Virus record (IMG/VR): IMGVR_UViG_3300017818_000007
Location: 1-64,000 of that record
Source of the DNA: a virus
Direction: 5' to 3' (one strand)
DNA length: 64,000 nucleotides
Below the pieces are notes generated by a model. The model was not told the origin of the DNA and made no database searches. It saw only the letters and a list, made by a program, of their open reading frames with translations. Shown piece after piece: positions 27,767-37,391 of this stretch. Position numbers and translations under genes: made by a program. Numbering within the stretch: the first letter of the stretch is position 1; each line of letters opens with the position of its first letter.

Positions 27767-28567
27767 TTATTTTCCTTCTTTCCCGTAATCGTCGCTTACA
27801 CCTATACGACTTATATCATCTTCAATACAATTATCACCGTATTGTATTTCAATAATTCTTAACGGCTTTTTTGTTTTATTTTCTAATTGGTGCCATTCCC
27901 CAACGCCTATATTTAATTTATCAAATCTATTAAGCGTATCCATTTCTTCTAAGTCAGTTGAGCCGTCAATAGTATTAACTGTTGCAGTTCCTTCACTTAC
28001 AAACCATAGTTCGTTTCTGTGTTTATGTTTTTGCATACTCAACCGTTTACCCGGATCGACTGTAAGTTCTTTTAATTTAACTTCGTTGCCAACACCAAAT
28101 AAAACTCTGTAATATCCCCATGGGCGTTCAGTTTTAGGATACTTATAATCTTCTAGTATCCAACTGCTTGAATTCTTTTTATCACTGCCGCCTACACCAA
28201 ATTGAAATGATAGTCTACTATCGTCAATTAACATCTCAGGAATGTTTGTTTTAGTTCTATCTCCACCATTAGCAAAGATAACACTATCGCTTAAAAAGTT
28301 GTGTTCGTTAAGTACTTGCTGAATAGCATCGTTAGCAGTGTTATCGCTATCGTCAAAATCAATAACTTTGTCAACTACTGAAAGGTTTTCAATAATAGTT
28401 GCACGTTCCTCAAAAGGCATAAATGGCTTGCCTTTTTTACGTGTTAACCAATCATCTGAGTTAACACCAACAACTAGATAATCTCCTAGTTCTTTTGCGG
28501 CTTTAAAATAGGCAATGTGTCCTGAGTGTAAAGGATCAAAGCCTCCTGTGACTAATACTATCTTCAT
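27767..28567 (-). CDS. Cytidylyltransferase-like domain fused to a mannose-6-phosphate isomerase-type cupin
   Basis: TGGFDPLHSGH (HxGH), FANGGDR; C-terminal ERPWG.Y, LSMQ.H.HR.E.W, IIEIQYG....EDDI.R. Confidence 0.85.
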   Translation of the reverse strand: MKIVLVTGGFDPLHSGHIAYFKAAKELGDYLVVGVNSDDWLTRKKGKPFMPFEERATIIENLSVVDKVIDFDDSDNTANDAIQQVLNEHNFLSDSVIFANGGDRTKTNIPEMLIDDSRLSFQFGVGGSDKKNSSSWILEDYKYPKTERPWGYYRVLFGVGNEVKLKELTVDPGKRLSMQKHKHRNELWFVSEGTATVNTIDGSTDLEEMDTLNRFDKLNIGVGEWHQLENKTKKPLRIIEIQYGDNCIEDDISRIGVSDDYGKEGK

Positions 28568-28575
28568 GTTAATAT

Positions 28576-29298
28576 TTATTTGGTATTAGTTTTGCTAAGA
28601 GCAATGCTGATTATGTCTTCAAATATTTCATTTCCGGTCATATTTTTACGTAATTCTTTAGGAGTTTTGCTACCGTAATGCAAAAACCCTGTATCGTAAT
28701 AATGAAACCCTCTTTCACAATCTGTATTTCTTATTTTATATCTTGGATAATCATCAAATAAACTTTCAACAGCATCACCGTCATATGGACGATACAAGTC
28801 AAATATTTTACCACTGTTCCATAAGTTTTCGTATGTATTGATTAACACTTCTGTGTCTTTGCAGTTAGGATCTAACATAATGAATCCGCTGTCGTGCTTA
28901 TCTTGTTTAGATGTGCCACACCCCCATAATAATTTTGATTGCTTAAATTGTTCTATCTCATTATATAGTTTTTCTTCATCAAAATTTATAACTTCTATGT
29001 CAGTATCTAACAAAATTATGTAATCATACTCTTTTAGATTTCGAAATGCCCATACTTGGCTTTGCATTTTTTTCCAAAAGTTTGTAGACTTCCTTACTGT
29101 ACGCGGGTGTTTTAAAAAAGAGCAGTTTCTATCTAAAACAGATTCTAATTCAATTATTTTTGTTTGTTTAAGATTGATCTTATTACTATCATGAATAATA
29201 AATTTATCTCCAGGCAACTGTTCCCAACTTGGTAAACAATGCTGTGCAATTAGGTTCCAATATCCTTCGTCTGCTAATCCTGACCATGCTATTTTCAT
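28576..29298 (-). CDS. GT-A glycosyltransferase-like protein (paralog C)
   Basis: FW.KM.SQ, LLDTD (DxD), DSGF, YDGD.V, HY.SK..K. Confidence 0.55.
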   Translation of the reverse strand: MKIAWSGLADEGYWNLIAQHCLPSWEQLPGDKFIIHDSNKINLKQTKIIELESVLDRNCSFLKHPRTVRKSTNFWKKMQSQVWAFRNLKEYDYIILLDTDIEVINFDEEKLYNEIEQFKQSKLLWGCGTSKQDKHDSGFIMLDPNCKDTEVLINTYENLWNSGKIFDLYRPYDGDAVESLFDDYPRYKIRNTDCERGFHYYDTGFLHYGSKTPKELRKNMTGNEIFEDIISIALSKTNTK

Positions 29299-29909
29299 TA
29301 TATAAACAATTTCCTTTTAAAATATTTTACGTCAAACAGTACACTATTAAACATAACACGCGGTATCATATAACCATACTTAACAACTATATCTAATGCT
29401 TTTTTACATCCTAACGGGGTTATTAGATATGCATCAAAGTTAGATAAACTTCTAGGAACAAACCCTGCATTATAGTCGTCATGCTGTCCAATATGCCAGT
29501 TATTATGATTTTCTAAACTAACAATACTATTTTCAAATTCCCATTCACCTGCACTTAGATTGAGAACTTCTGTATAATGTTCATTTATGTTTCCAGGAAT
29601 TGGCCACTGTTGCCAGCGGTAATCTTCTGTTATTAAAACAGATTTATCTAATTCAATACACTTCTTCCATGCACGAAAGTGATTATAAAACTTTTCAAAA
29701 TCAGAATCTGTCTTGTGTTTAGACATTCTGTAGTTTTTGTACTTTCCGTGTGTACTGCTTATTAGATTTTGTGATAAAGGGTTTAGTGTTATTATGCTTT
29801 GAATATTATCTCTATTATAACCTAATTCAACAAAGCGATCATAACAATCTTGATATGTTTTTTCAGTAGTTGTGGTATTGTTAAGTATTATAACATCAAA
29901 TTGATGCAT
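29298..29909 (-). CDS. GT25-like glycosyltransferase (divergent)
   Basis: NH..AWKKCIE....LI.ED and AY.ITP.G..K patterns. Confidence 0.5.
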   Translation of the reverse strand: MHQFDVIILNNTTTTEKTYQDCYDRFVELGYNRDNIQSIITLNPLSQNLISSTHGKYKNYRMSKHKTDSDFEKFYNHFRAWKKCIELDKSVLITEDYRWQQWPIPGNINEHYTEVLNLSAGEWEFENSIVSLENHNNWHIGQHDDYNAGFVPRSLSNFDAYLITPLGCKKALDIVVKYGYMIPRVMFNSVLFDVKYFKRKLFI

Positions 29910-30354
29910 CTTCCATTCCTGCTACACGTAGTTTCGTAATATTAGTTATCTGCCATTGCTTTTGATCAAGGCCTTTTAAGATTCCTAACCACTTATTACG
30001 TAGCAGTGCAAACTCGTTGATAATTTTTTCCATATCAACAACGTCTGATTCACCGTCAACATATTTTTCAACGTCGCGGCTACTTAATGCTCTTTGATAA
30101 GATTCTAAATATGTTTTAAAGAATTTTGATCGTGTTCTTCGAAGTTCGATGTTTAGGTATTCAAGGATCGCTTCGATCTCTTGTAGTTGTCCAAAACGCT
30201 TTTCTACAACACCAGGAAGGTTTCCAGCATTCTTTTCAAGGTTTCCCTTTAAAGAACACTCAATTCTGGCTTCTTGCATTTGTTCCTCATACCATATAAT
30301 AGCATCAGGAATGTTAGAAATGTCTTGCGATATCCTTGAATACCAATTTATCAT
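29896..30354 (-). CDS. uvsY: Recombination mediator UvsY
   Basis: YLE.Y.RALSSRD.EKYVDGE.DV, LD.KQWQI.N..KLR.AG.ED; downstream of uvsX. Confidence 0.8.
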   Translation of the reverse strand: MINWYSRISQDISNIPDAIIWYEEQMQEARIECSLKGNLEKNAGNLPGVVEKRFGQLQEIEAILEYLNIELRRTRSKFFKTYLESYQRALSSRDVEKYVDGESDVVDMEKIINEFALLRNKWLGILKGLDQKQWQITNITKLRVAGMEDASI

Positions 30355-30618
30355 CTAATAATCTTCCGAATCGTATCTATCATCATAGTCTTCATCATCG
30401 TAGTCATTATCGTATACACCTTCTGAGCCGTATACTTCTTCTACGGCTTCTTTAAGGTATGGATCCTGGTCGCCCATAGCATACAAAACGGATTCTTCAG
30501 CACCGTTATCTACACACCAGTTTACAAACTTCATAGCACTGTCTTGTTTATTTTTTACGTCTATAAAGTCAGCAAACGAATCCCATAGGTCAATTAACTG
30601 TTCTTCACTTAGATTCAC
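30355..30618 (-). CDS. Hypothetical protein with acidic C-terminal tail
   Basis: ORF between uvsX and uvsY; Asp/Glu/Tyr-rich end. Confidence 0.65.
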   Translation of the reverse strand: MNLSEEQLIDLWDSFADFIDVKNKQDSAMKFVNWCVDNGAEESVLYAMGDQDPYLKEAVEEVYGSEGVYDNDYDDEDYDDRYDSEDY

Positions 30619-31723
30619 TTAGAGTCTCCTGTTCAACGGGTTCAACATCATCAACTTGCGATTCTTTTTCTGAATCGTTGTCGAGTTCGTTATACTTATC
30701 ACCGTTGGCAGAATAATCTTTCATAATGATTTCAAGTTGTTCACCGTCCCAATCTTTACGATAGTGTAAGTGTTCTTCACCTTGTGAATCTACAAATTTA
30801 AGTCTATTTCCTTGTTGTTTTAATAGTCCTTGTTTTTCAAACAATTCAACTAATCCACTGTAAGGATTCATACCTGTTTCGTATGGAATCTTTACTTGTA
30901 CACCTTCAAAAGGTTTTGCGTATCGTGTTTTCATTACCTTACAAGCGGCTCTGATACCACGTACATCTGTGACCTTTTTACCATCTTCATCTTCTTTTAG
31001 TTTTAGTTTTTTCATTGCTACAACAATTGAAGATGCATAGATAAAGCCTTGACCGCCTGAGATTTTGTCATCTGGGTCAAACATATCTTGCGATGCGTAA
31101 GTGTGGTTAGTTGCTACAAGTCCTACGTTATAACTACCAAACATATTAACACAGTTTCTTACAAGTGCAGTTAGTGCCTTAGGCTTACGGCCCATATCAC
31201 CTTTCAAATCACCTTTATCAAACTGATCAACATCTGTTGGTGTTAGTAGCATACCAAGTGAATCAACTACAAACAATACTTTAGGACGATCCGCTGGATC
31301 CATAGCATCGTAATCATCACGATACTCTTTCATAAAGTTTGAAATAGTTTTTGCTACATCATCGATCATACTCATCGATAACTTTAACAATTTTTCTTCA
31401 CTTGTGTCAACATTAAGTGCCTGCAACCATTTTTCATCAAGTGCATTTTCACTATCAATTAGCACAACAAAGATACCTTGTTCTTGTGCCGCTTTAACAA
31501 TGTTAGCACTTGCGAAGTATGATTTACCTGCACCGGATTCACCTGCAAACACTGTGACCTTACCTAGCGGAACACCCTTATGGAAGTCACCACTAATAAG
31601 ATAGTTTAGTGCAAAGTTGCCGGTTGATACCCAATCGGTTGGATCGTTAAAGCCTACACCAAGTCCTTGAATGGACTTGGTCAGACCCTTACGAAACTTT
31701 GATACATCAAATGGTTTCGCCAT
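30605..31723 (-). CDS. uvsX: RecA-family recombinase (UvsX)
   Basis: AGESGAGKS, IDSENALD, VVDSLGML, TNHTY, SGG.GF.YASS. Confidence 0.93.
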   Translation of the reverse strand: MAKPFDVSKFRKGLTKSIQGLGVGFNDPTDWVSTGNFALNYLISGDFHKGVPLGKVTVFAGESGAGKSYFASANIVKAAQEQGIFVVLIDSENALDEKWLQALNVDTSEEKLLKLSMSMIDDVAKTISNFMKEYRDDYDAMDPADRPKVLFVVDSLGMLLTPTDVDQFDKGDLKGDMGRKPKALTALVRNCVNMFGSYNVGLVATNHTYASQDMFDPDDKISGGQGFIYASSIVVAMKKLKLKEDEDGKKVTDVRGIRAACKVMKTRYAKPFEGVQVKIPYETGMNPYSGLVELFEKQGLLKQQGNRLKFVDSQGEEHLHYRKDWDGEQLEIIMKDYSANGDKYNELDNDSEKESQVDDVEPVEQETLSESK

Positions 31724-31732
31724 GATTACTCC

Positions 31733-32740
31733 TTACGATTGACGTGAACGGATCATGTTCAAAATGTCTTGAGCACGTTCACTTGAAGGTTTATCATCAG
31801 TATCAGCAGTTGCAGTTGTTTCAACTGTTCCTGTTTCGTCTCTAGTCACTCCAGCATTAGCATCTTCTTCAGGTGCTGTCATCGGAGCAGGCTTAGACTC
31901 TGCTACTGGTTGAGTTGGTTTAGCACTATTTGGATCACCAGTTGGAGCACTCATGCCTGGAGCACGAAAGTACTGACCCCATTTATCTGGATCATATGCT
32001 TCGCCATCAACAGATGCTTCAAACATCTCTTGAATAACCTTAACTTCAACTTCAGTTGGTTTCTTAGGAAGGAAATCATTTAGATTGTACAATCCATGTG
32101 AGTCAACTGCCGCTTTCTCTTCATCAGTTAAAGCACGTTCTCTACGTGACCATTGTGATGTTGAGTAATCAGCATAACCACCTTTAGAAGTTTTCTTAAT
32201 GCGGAAGTCTACACCTCGTGCATAATCAGTTGGCAATTCTTCCATCTCAGGATCCATTAATGCACCCTTAATGATTTGGAAAATTTGTGGTCCAATGATA
32301 AAACGTCTAATTGGATTCTCTGGAGTAGTATCTTCAGAGATAGGATTGTCTGCTACAAAACCTTGGAAGATGTAAGAACGTTTCTTCCAATATTTACGAC
32401 CTTGGTCTTCTAGTGAAGGGTCTTTAAACCAACCACGTACTTCTGAAAGTACAGGGCAAGTTTCGCCATACATTTCCATACATGGAACGTTAACTGTCAC
32501 TGGGCGTGAGTCAGTTTGGCCTTTGATTCCCGCAAAAGGAAGTTTGATCATTAAACGTTCTTTCCAAAAGAATACGTTTTCAGGATCAGCGTCAGGTAAG
32601 AAACGAAGTACTGCTTCGCTACCTTCTGCCATATTCCAATGTGGGTAAATTGCGTTGTCGCCGCCGCTTGTTTGATTACCGCCGCCTTTACGATCTTCTT
32701 GTTCACGTAATTTTGCACGGATTTCTGCTAGTGTTGCCAT
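31733..32740 (-). CDS. Single-stranded DNA-binding protein (T4 gp32 family)
   Basis: RFLP, CPV Zn ligands, YWKKRSY, F.I...SKGGY.DY..S, acidic tail. Confidence 0.88.
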   Translation of the reverse strand: MATLAEIRAKLREQEDRKGGGNQTSGGDNAIYPHWNMAEGSEAVLRFLPDADPENVFFWKERLMIKLPFAGIKGQTDSRPVTVNVPCMEMYGETCPVLSEVRGWFKDPSLEDQGRKYWKKRSYIFQGFVADNPISEDTTPENPIRRFIIGPQIFQIIKGALMDPEMEELPTDYARGVDFRIKKTSKGGYADYSTSQWSRRERALTDEEKAAVDSHGLYNLNDFLPKKPTEVEVKVIQEMFEASVDGEAYDPDKWGQYFRAPGMSAPTGDPNSAKPTQPVAESKPAPMTAPEEDANAGVTRDETGTVETTATADTDDKPSSERAQDILNMIRSRQS

Positions 32741-32808
32741 AATTTAAGCCTCCTATATTTTGCCTTTATGTGCCTGTTGTAGATACGTCTTTCTAACAAC
32801 ATATCTAT

Positions 32809-32837
32809 ATTATATTTAGTCTTTATCTAAAAGTCAA
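32809..32837 (-). promoter_or_regulatory. Sigma70-consensus promoter with overlapping TAAATA for SSB/uvsX/uvsY
   Basis: TTGACT-17 nt-TATAAT; TAAATA overlaps the -10. Confidence 0.75.
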
Positions 32838-33485
32838 CTACTTTTTAAGATAAGTTTGCCAAAAATTCCATGCAGGCATCCAAACCATATTGATTACAAT
32901 ACGTCTTGGTACAACTGTTGGTGTTGCACTTGCATGAAATTGGTTTGATGGAAATAGTATTGCTGATCCTTTTTTTGGAACGTTTGCAATCAGTTCCTTC
33001 ATATCATCTTGAGGACCTAAATGGTCTGGCTTCCCATATGGATTTGCTCCAACATTTTTATCAAAAATTCTTGTTGGTCCATCTGCTTCATTAACATAGT
33101 AAACCATACTTAATGATTCTTCATATGGTTGATCAATATGTGGCGGATGAAACATTGTCTCATCTGAACCGTCTGGCGTTAATAAATTGGCCTTAATTCG
33201 AGTAAGTTCTTTTACAGGAATTCCCGTTTCTTTTTCAAAAAAGTAAAAGATAGGTTTGATCATTTCAAACGTTTGGCTAGCATGGCCAGTTTGAGGATTT
33301 AGTATGTCATGAACAAACTGTGGACTTTCTTTTATTTTTTCTTTATTTGCTAAGAATTGAAATTCCCAACTAGAAAAGCCACTTGTGTTATCCTGCCAAG
33401 TCCAAGGTAAAGAAGGATCCATAAAGATTGCTTCTAAATGGTCCTGCATACTTTTAGGTATTAAGTCTTCAAATATATGATACAT
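32838..33485 (-). CDS. 2OG-Fe(II) oxygenase (paralog of 9376..9900)
   Basis: HPPHID, YYVN..DG.T, FHAS..P, R..IN. Confidence 0.75.
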   Translation of the reverse strand: MYHIFEDLIPKSMQDHLEAIFMDPSLPWTWQDNTSGFSSWEFQFLANKEKIKESPQFVHDILNPQTGHASQTFEMIKPIFYFFEKETGIPVKELTRIKANLLTPDGSDETMFHPPHIDQPYEESLSMVYYVNEADGPTRIFDKNVGANPYGKPDHLGPQDDMKELIANVPKKGSAILFPSNQFHASATPTVVPRRIVINMVWMPAWNFWQTYLKK

Positions 33486-33517
33486 ACACTTACTTATTAA
33501 GTATGTTTATGAGTCAG

Positions 33518-35584
33518 TTATTTTCTGATTCCAGCAAGTGTTTTGATTCTATTTAGATCTTCGTTTGTCTTACGTAGTGCTTTTTTCACACCAGGGTGAT
33601 CTGATAAACCTTTTGCAATTTTTTCAATTGTATCAACAGCACCACTATAATTTCCGCCTTTGTAGCGTTTATCGTTTAGCACACCATAAGCCATTTTAAT
33701 TTGTTTATCGCTAAACCCGTGGTTGTCTTTTTCAGCACCCTTTTCTTCCTCTACTTCGTCGCCAAGTTGTACCTTATTCCCGGTCAGTTTGGATACAAAC
33801 TTTTCAACTAGATCCCCTACGGAATCACCAAAACGCTTACGAGCGGAAATAACCACACCTGTTTCGCCTTTTGGAAACGCTCCAGTTTCTTTGTCATAGA
33901 ATGAGCGAACAAACTCTAATACTTCTTCTGCAGAAGATTTAGTGTCTTTAGGTTCTTCTTCTTGTCCAGCAAGACTCATAGAACCGTCTTTACCAATTAC
34001 AACATCTGTTGTATCTGCTTCAGACATATCACCAAAGTCTAAGTCATCCATAGCCTCTGGCATATTGTTTTTAACATAAGAGTAAATCAAAGGTTTAGCA
34101 TCAGCATCAGCATCTTTTTCTGCTAGTGCTTTGATGTCATTTACAAATGTTATATCATCAATGATTCCTTCTAAACTGCTAATTGCGTTTGTTCCATCTG
34201 GACCAACTGGTAGGTCTCTTTGTAGAAGTTTGTTTAATACAGCAATACGTTGGTTGTCTAAGTTTTCGTCAACAACATCGTTTGCCCATGATTCAAATTC
34301 ATCAATGTCTTCACCGTGTGCGTATTTGTTATCACGGTTTGCCCATCGATCGTCTGCATCTTCTTGTGCCGCGGCCATAAGTTCGTCTGGATCTTGCATT
34401 TCAAGATCCGTATCAGCATCGTAGCCTAGTTTGCTATTACCGTCCATAGCACAACTTAAATGAAATGACTTTGGATGTACAACTGGTCTGCCGTCAACTA
34501 TTGTTGCTGTGTAATAAAGAGTACAGCCTGTAGTTTCACCGTCATCACCTACACCCTCGAAATCAACTTCACCATCAAAATGCTCTGGATCAAATCCTTC
34601 GTTAGCAAGTTTATCAAGATCTACTGTTGTTTCACTAATACGCTTTTGATGAATACTGTGTAGTAATGGGAACATATCAGTTAGGTCCTCATTAAATTGA
34701 GGAATAGTAAATGCATTGGTTAGATCGTTTACAACGTCATCACCCAATTGGTTGTCCATATCAGTTGCGACAAAGTTTTCTTTTTGTTGTGTATAGTATG
34801 ATTGGGTTTGTAATTTTTTAATGTGTGTTCTTAGGTTTTCAAGTTCAGCATTACTACCTTCAATAATATCATTTGAAGTTTGATTCATAAAGTCTTTGTT
34901 TTGTACATATCTTTTGAACGCTGTTAGTTTAGCAATGTTTGATGAAGTTTCAATAATGTGTTTACCAAACTCATCATGTGGAAGTCCGCCGTTTGCAACG
35001 TGACGTGACATTGCTCTAGCACCTGCTAAGTGATTGTATGGATACTTAAATCTTTCTCCTGCTTCGTTTTCAATAAAAAGTGTTTGAATATTTCTAGCAC
35101 GAGCACCCATTTGCTCTGCATTAATTTCCTTTTTATGTCTAATAATTAATCTTGTTCTATCTAAGTTTTCATAACTAGATTTTGTAGTACCATACATTGC
35201 TGACTCCTGAACTTTATTTCCTAAATATTTATAGTCACGTTTGTCTAAATTACTTTTAGCAATATCCTTAGCATCAAATCCCATCATATGTTTCTTAGAA
35301 AAGAATCTCATATCTTTTAAGAAATCATACCATGCATCTTCTGTTGCTTCGTTAGCGTTTTCGAGCATTCCCTGGCTAAAATACAGTTTTAATGTATCAG
35401 GATCCTTAATGCTTATGCTTACAGCACCTTGATTCTCTCCATCGACTACATAGTCAAAATCAAAGAATCGTGCCTTGCTCTCCTCGCTAGTAGGAGCACC
35501 GTTTTCGTCACCCATTTCAATGCGTGGAAAACGTGATCTAATTTTCTCAAATAGAGATGATGCTATTGAATCTAAACCCTTCAT
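33518..35584 (-). CDS. Large hypothetical protein downstream of terminase, probable internal head protein
   Basis: Start set at ATG 35584 (TATAAATA-N5-ATG); acidic modular C-half; ends NEDLNRIKTLAGI. Confidence 0.7.
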   Translation of the reverse strand: MKGLDSIASSLFEKIRSRFPRIEMGDENGAPTSEESKARFFDFDYVVDGENQGAVSISIKDPDTLKLYFSQGMLENANEATEDAWYDFLKDMRFFSKKHMMGFDAKDIAKSNLDKRDYKYLGNKVQESAMYGTTKSSYENLDRTRLIIRHKKEINAEQMGARARNIQTLFIENEAGERFKYPYNHLAGARAMSRHVANGGLPHDEFGKHIIETSSNIAKLTAFKRYVQNKDFMNQTSNDIIEGSNAELENLRTHIKKLQTQSYYTQQKENFVATDMDNQLGDDVVNDLTNAFTIPQFNEDLTDMFPLLHSIHQKRISETTVDLDKLANEGFDPEHFDGEVDFEGVGDDGETTGCTLYYTATIVDGRPVVHPKSFHLSCAMDGNSKLGYDADTDLEMQDPDELMAAAQEDADDRWANRDNKYAHGEDIDEFESWANDVVDENLDNQRIAVLNKLLQRDLPVGPDGTNAISSLEGIIDDITFVNDIKALAEKDADADAKPLIYSYVKNNMPEAMDDLDFGDMSEADTTDVVIGKDGSMSLAGQEEEPKDTKSSAEEVLEFVRSFYDKETGAFPKGETGVVISARKRFGDSVGDLVEKFVSKLTGNKVQLGDEVEEEKGAEKDNHGFSDKQIKMAYGVLNDKRYKGGNYSGAVDTIEKIAKGLSDHPGVKKALRKTNEDLNRIKTLAGIRK

Positions 35585-35600
35585 ATATGTATTTATACTA

Positions 35601-37190
35601 TTAGAAAGAAACAAACACCGGCATTGGTGTTATCATTTCTGTGTCTAAGTCCTTCATTTTCTCGTAAATTGCTGGATCCCAATCCGCTAATATTTGTTGC
35701 ATTCGAACGTTAAGCAATGTAGCACTAACAAGGTCATCGTGTTCCCCTGTCTTAGCACCAAATGTAGTGCCGTGTGCTACATATGCTTTAAGTTCTGAAA
35801 TAAGCGGTTTACTTTTAATTTTTAGTTTGCTTGTTTCTAGCAAGTGCTTAAATTTAGCACAAGCACTCATTTTAGTTTTGTGTGTTGTATTAAATCCTTT
35901 TCTAAACTTTCGCACATGGCCTTTTCTAATAGGCTCACTCAAAAACATACCGTAAATGTTTTCTTCACCGTAGTCATTGATGGTCACTAGTGCGGCTTCG
36001 CCTATGGCGTTATTTTCGACTGAATAATACACCTGAGGCAAACTGCCAGACAGTTCTTCGCATTGTTCTTTTATATTTTTTGTTATATCTGCTAATATCC
36101 TGACTTGCCCTTGGATAGGTGTAGTGTTGTGTTGCCACTCTGCTACTTGTTCAAAAGTAGGTAATTCAAATACTTGAATTGCCGCATAGTCTCCTCCTGT
36201 ACCTAAACTTGGGTCCATACTTACAACATACGTCATCTTAGGATTACAATCTTTATACCACCTAGTCTGACCCATTCTTTTTGAAGGTTCTAAACCTTCA
36301 AGTTCTGCAAGTCGAACACTGTTGATTAATGTTTCGTCAAAGATTAAGAATTCACATTCGTGTTCTCGACGGAAACGTTCTTCACCAATACGTGATTTTT
36401 CTTCAGCCGCCCATTGATCATCTCGATCTGGATGTTCACTCCAATGAGCAGTAAACGCATAAAAGCCATTGATACCAACTTCAGTATCATTACCATGTTC
36501 GTCAAATCTTTTTGTTGCTTCAGTCCAAATAAGTGCAAATTGATCTTCGTCACTGTTTGGTGTTGAAGTAATAATTGCTTTACCACCTGTTGCTAGTGTA
36601 GGTGAAATAGCAGTCCAGAATTCTTTAGCAATAGTAGGATTAACGAATGCAAACTCATCACAGTATAGTAAAGATATTGACATACCTCGTCCCGTGTTGT
36701 CTGTGGTTGTTTGTGATACAATACGTGATCCGTTATCAAATTCCATTGATCCCTTGTTATACGATACAACACCGCAACGTATATGATCTGGACAGTCTTC
36801 ATATGCATATCTTATTCTATGCATGATTTCTTGAGCGCCTGCATACTTGTGTGCCGCAATAAGCACAGTCACATCAGGGTTAAACATTGCGTACCATAAT
36901 AGATATCCTGCCGCCGTTGTAGACTTACCTGTCTGTCTTGGTAGCATATTAATATTAAATCTATAACTGTGATATGAATCTACAAGTCTTTCTTGGAATT
37001 CAAAAGGTTGAAACAACAACTTACCTTTAGTAGGATGTTGAATGTAAAAGAAGTTATCCATAAAGTACTTGGGTCCAGTAGTTGGATCCATGCAGGCTTT
37101 AAGGTCTTCAATTTGTTCTTTTGTATATCTTGTCTTACTGTGTGCTTTTTTAACTAGTACACCGTCAAGACTTTTTCCTGTCTGTGCCAT
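35601..37190 (-). CDS. terL: Terminase large subunit (T4 gp17 family)
   Basis: PRQTGKST, LYCDEFAF, ITSTPN, RFRREHECEF, nuclease DPS.G.GGDY and HDDLV. Confidence 0.95.
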   Translation of the reverse strand: MAQTGKSLDGVLVKKAHSKTRYTKEQIEDLKACMDPTTGPKYFMDNFFYIQHPTKGKLLFQPFEFQERLVDSYHSYRFNINMLPRQTGKSTTAAGYLLWYAMFNPDVTVLIAAHKYAGAQEIMHRIRYAYEDCPDHIRCGVVSYNKGSMEFDNGSRIVSQTTTDNTGRGMSISLLYCDEFAFVNPTIAKEFWTAISPTLATGGKAIITSTPNSDEDQFALIWTEATKRFDEHGNDTEVGINGFYAFTAHWSEHPDRDDQWAAEEKSRIGEERFRREHECEFLIFDETLINSVRLAELEGLEPSKRMGQTRWYKDCNPKMTYVVSMDPSLGTGGDYAAIQVFELPTFEQVAEWQHNTTPIQGQVRILADITKNIKEQCEELSGSLPQVYYSVENNAIGEAALVTINDYGEENIYGMFLSEPIRKGHVRKFRKGFNTTHKTKMSACAKFKHLLETSKLKIKSKPLISELKAYVAHGTTFGAKTGEHDDLVSATLLNVRMQQILADWDPAIYEKMKDLDTEMITPMPVFVSF

Positions 37191-37217
37191 ACTAATATTT
37201 AGTGAGGTTTTGTGGGG

Positions 37218-37391
37218 TTAAGAGTTTTTCTTTGCCATCTTAGTTGCAGTAGCATACATTACTGCTTCTGCATCTTTGCCATAGCGGTCTTTAAAATCGC
37301 CTTTGGCTTTTTTCATACCTTTGACGTATTTTTCTTTGGTCTTTTCTTCTTTCTTAGAAAGTTTACGTTCTGTTAGTTCGTATATACGCAT
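37218..37391 (-). CDS. Small basic probable internal head protein (57 aa, MRIYELTE-RKLSKKEEK...)
   Basis: Hand-translated; start overlaps the upstream stop; N-terminus resembles the T4 capsid-targeting sequence. Confidence 0.7.
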   Translation of the reverse strand: MRIYELTERKLSKKEEKTKEKYVKGMKKAKGDFKDRYGKDAEAVMYATATKMAKKNS

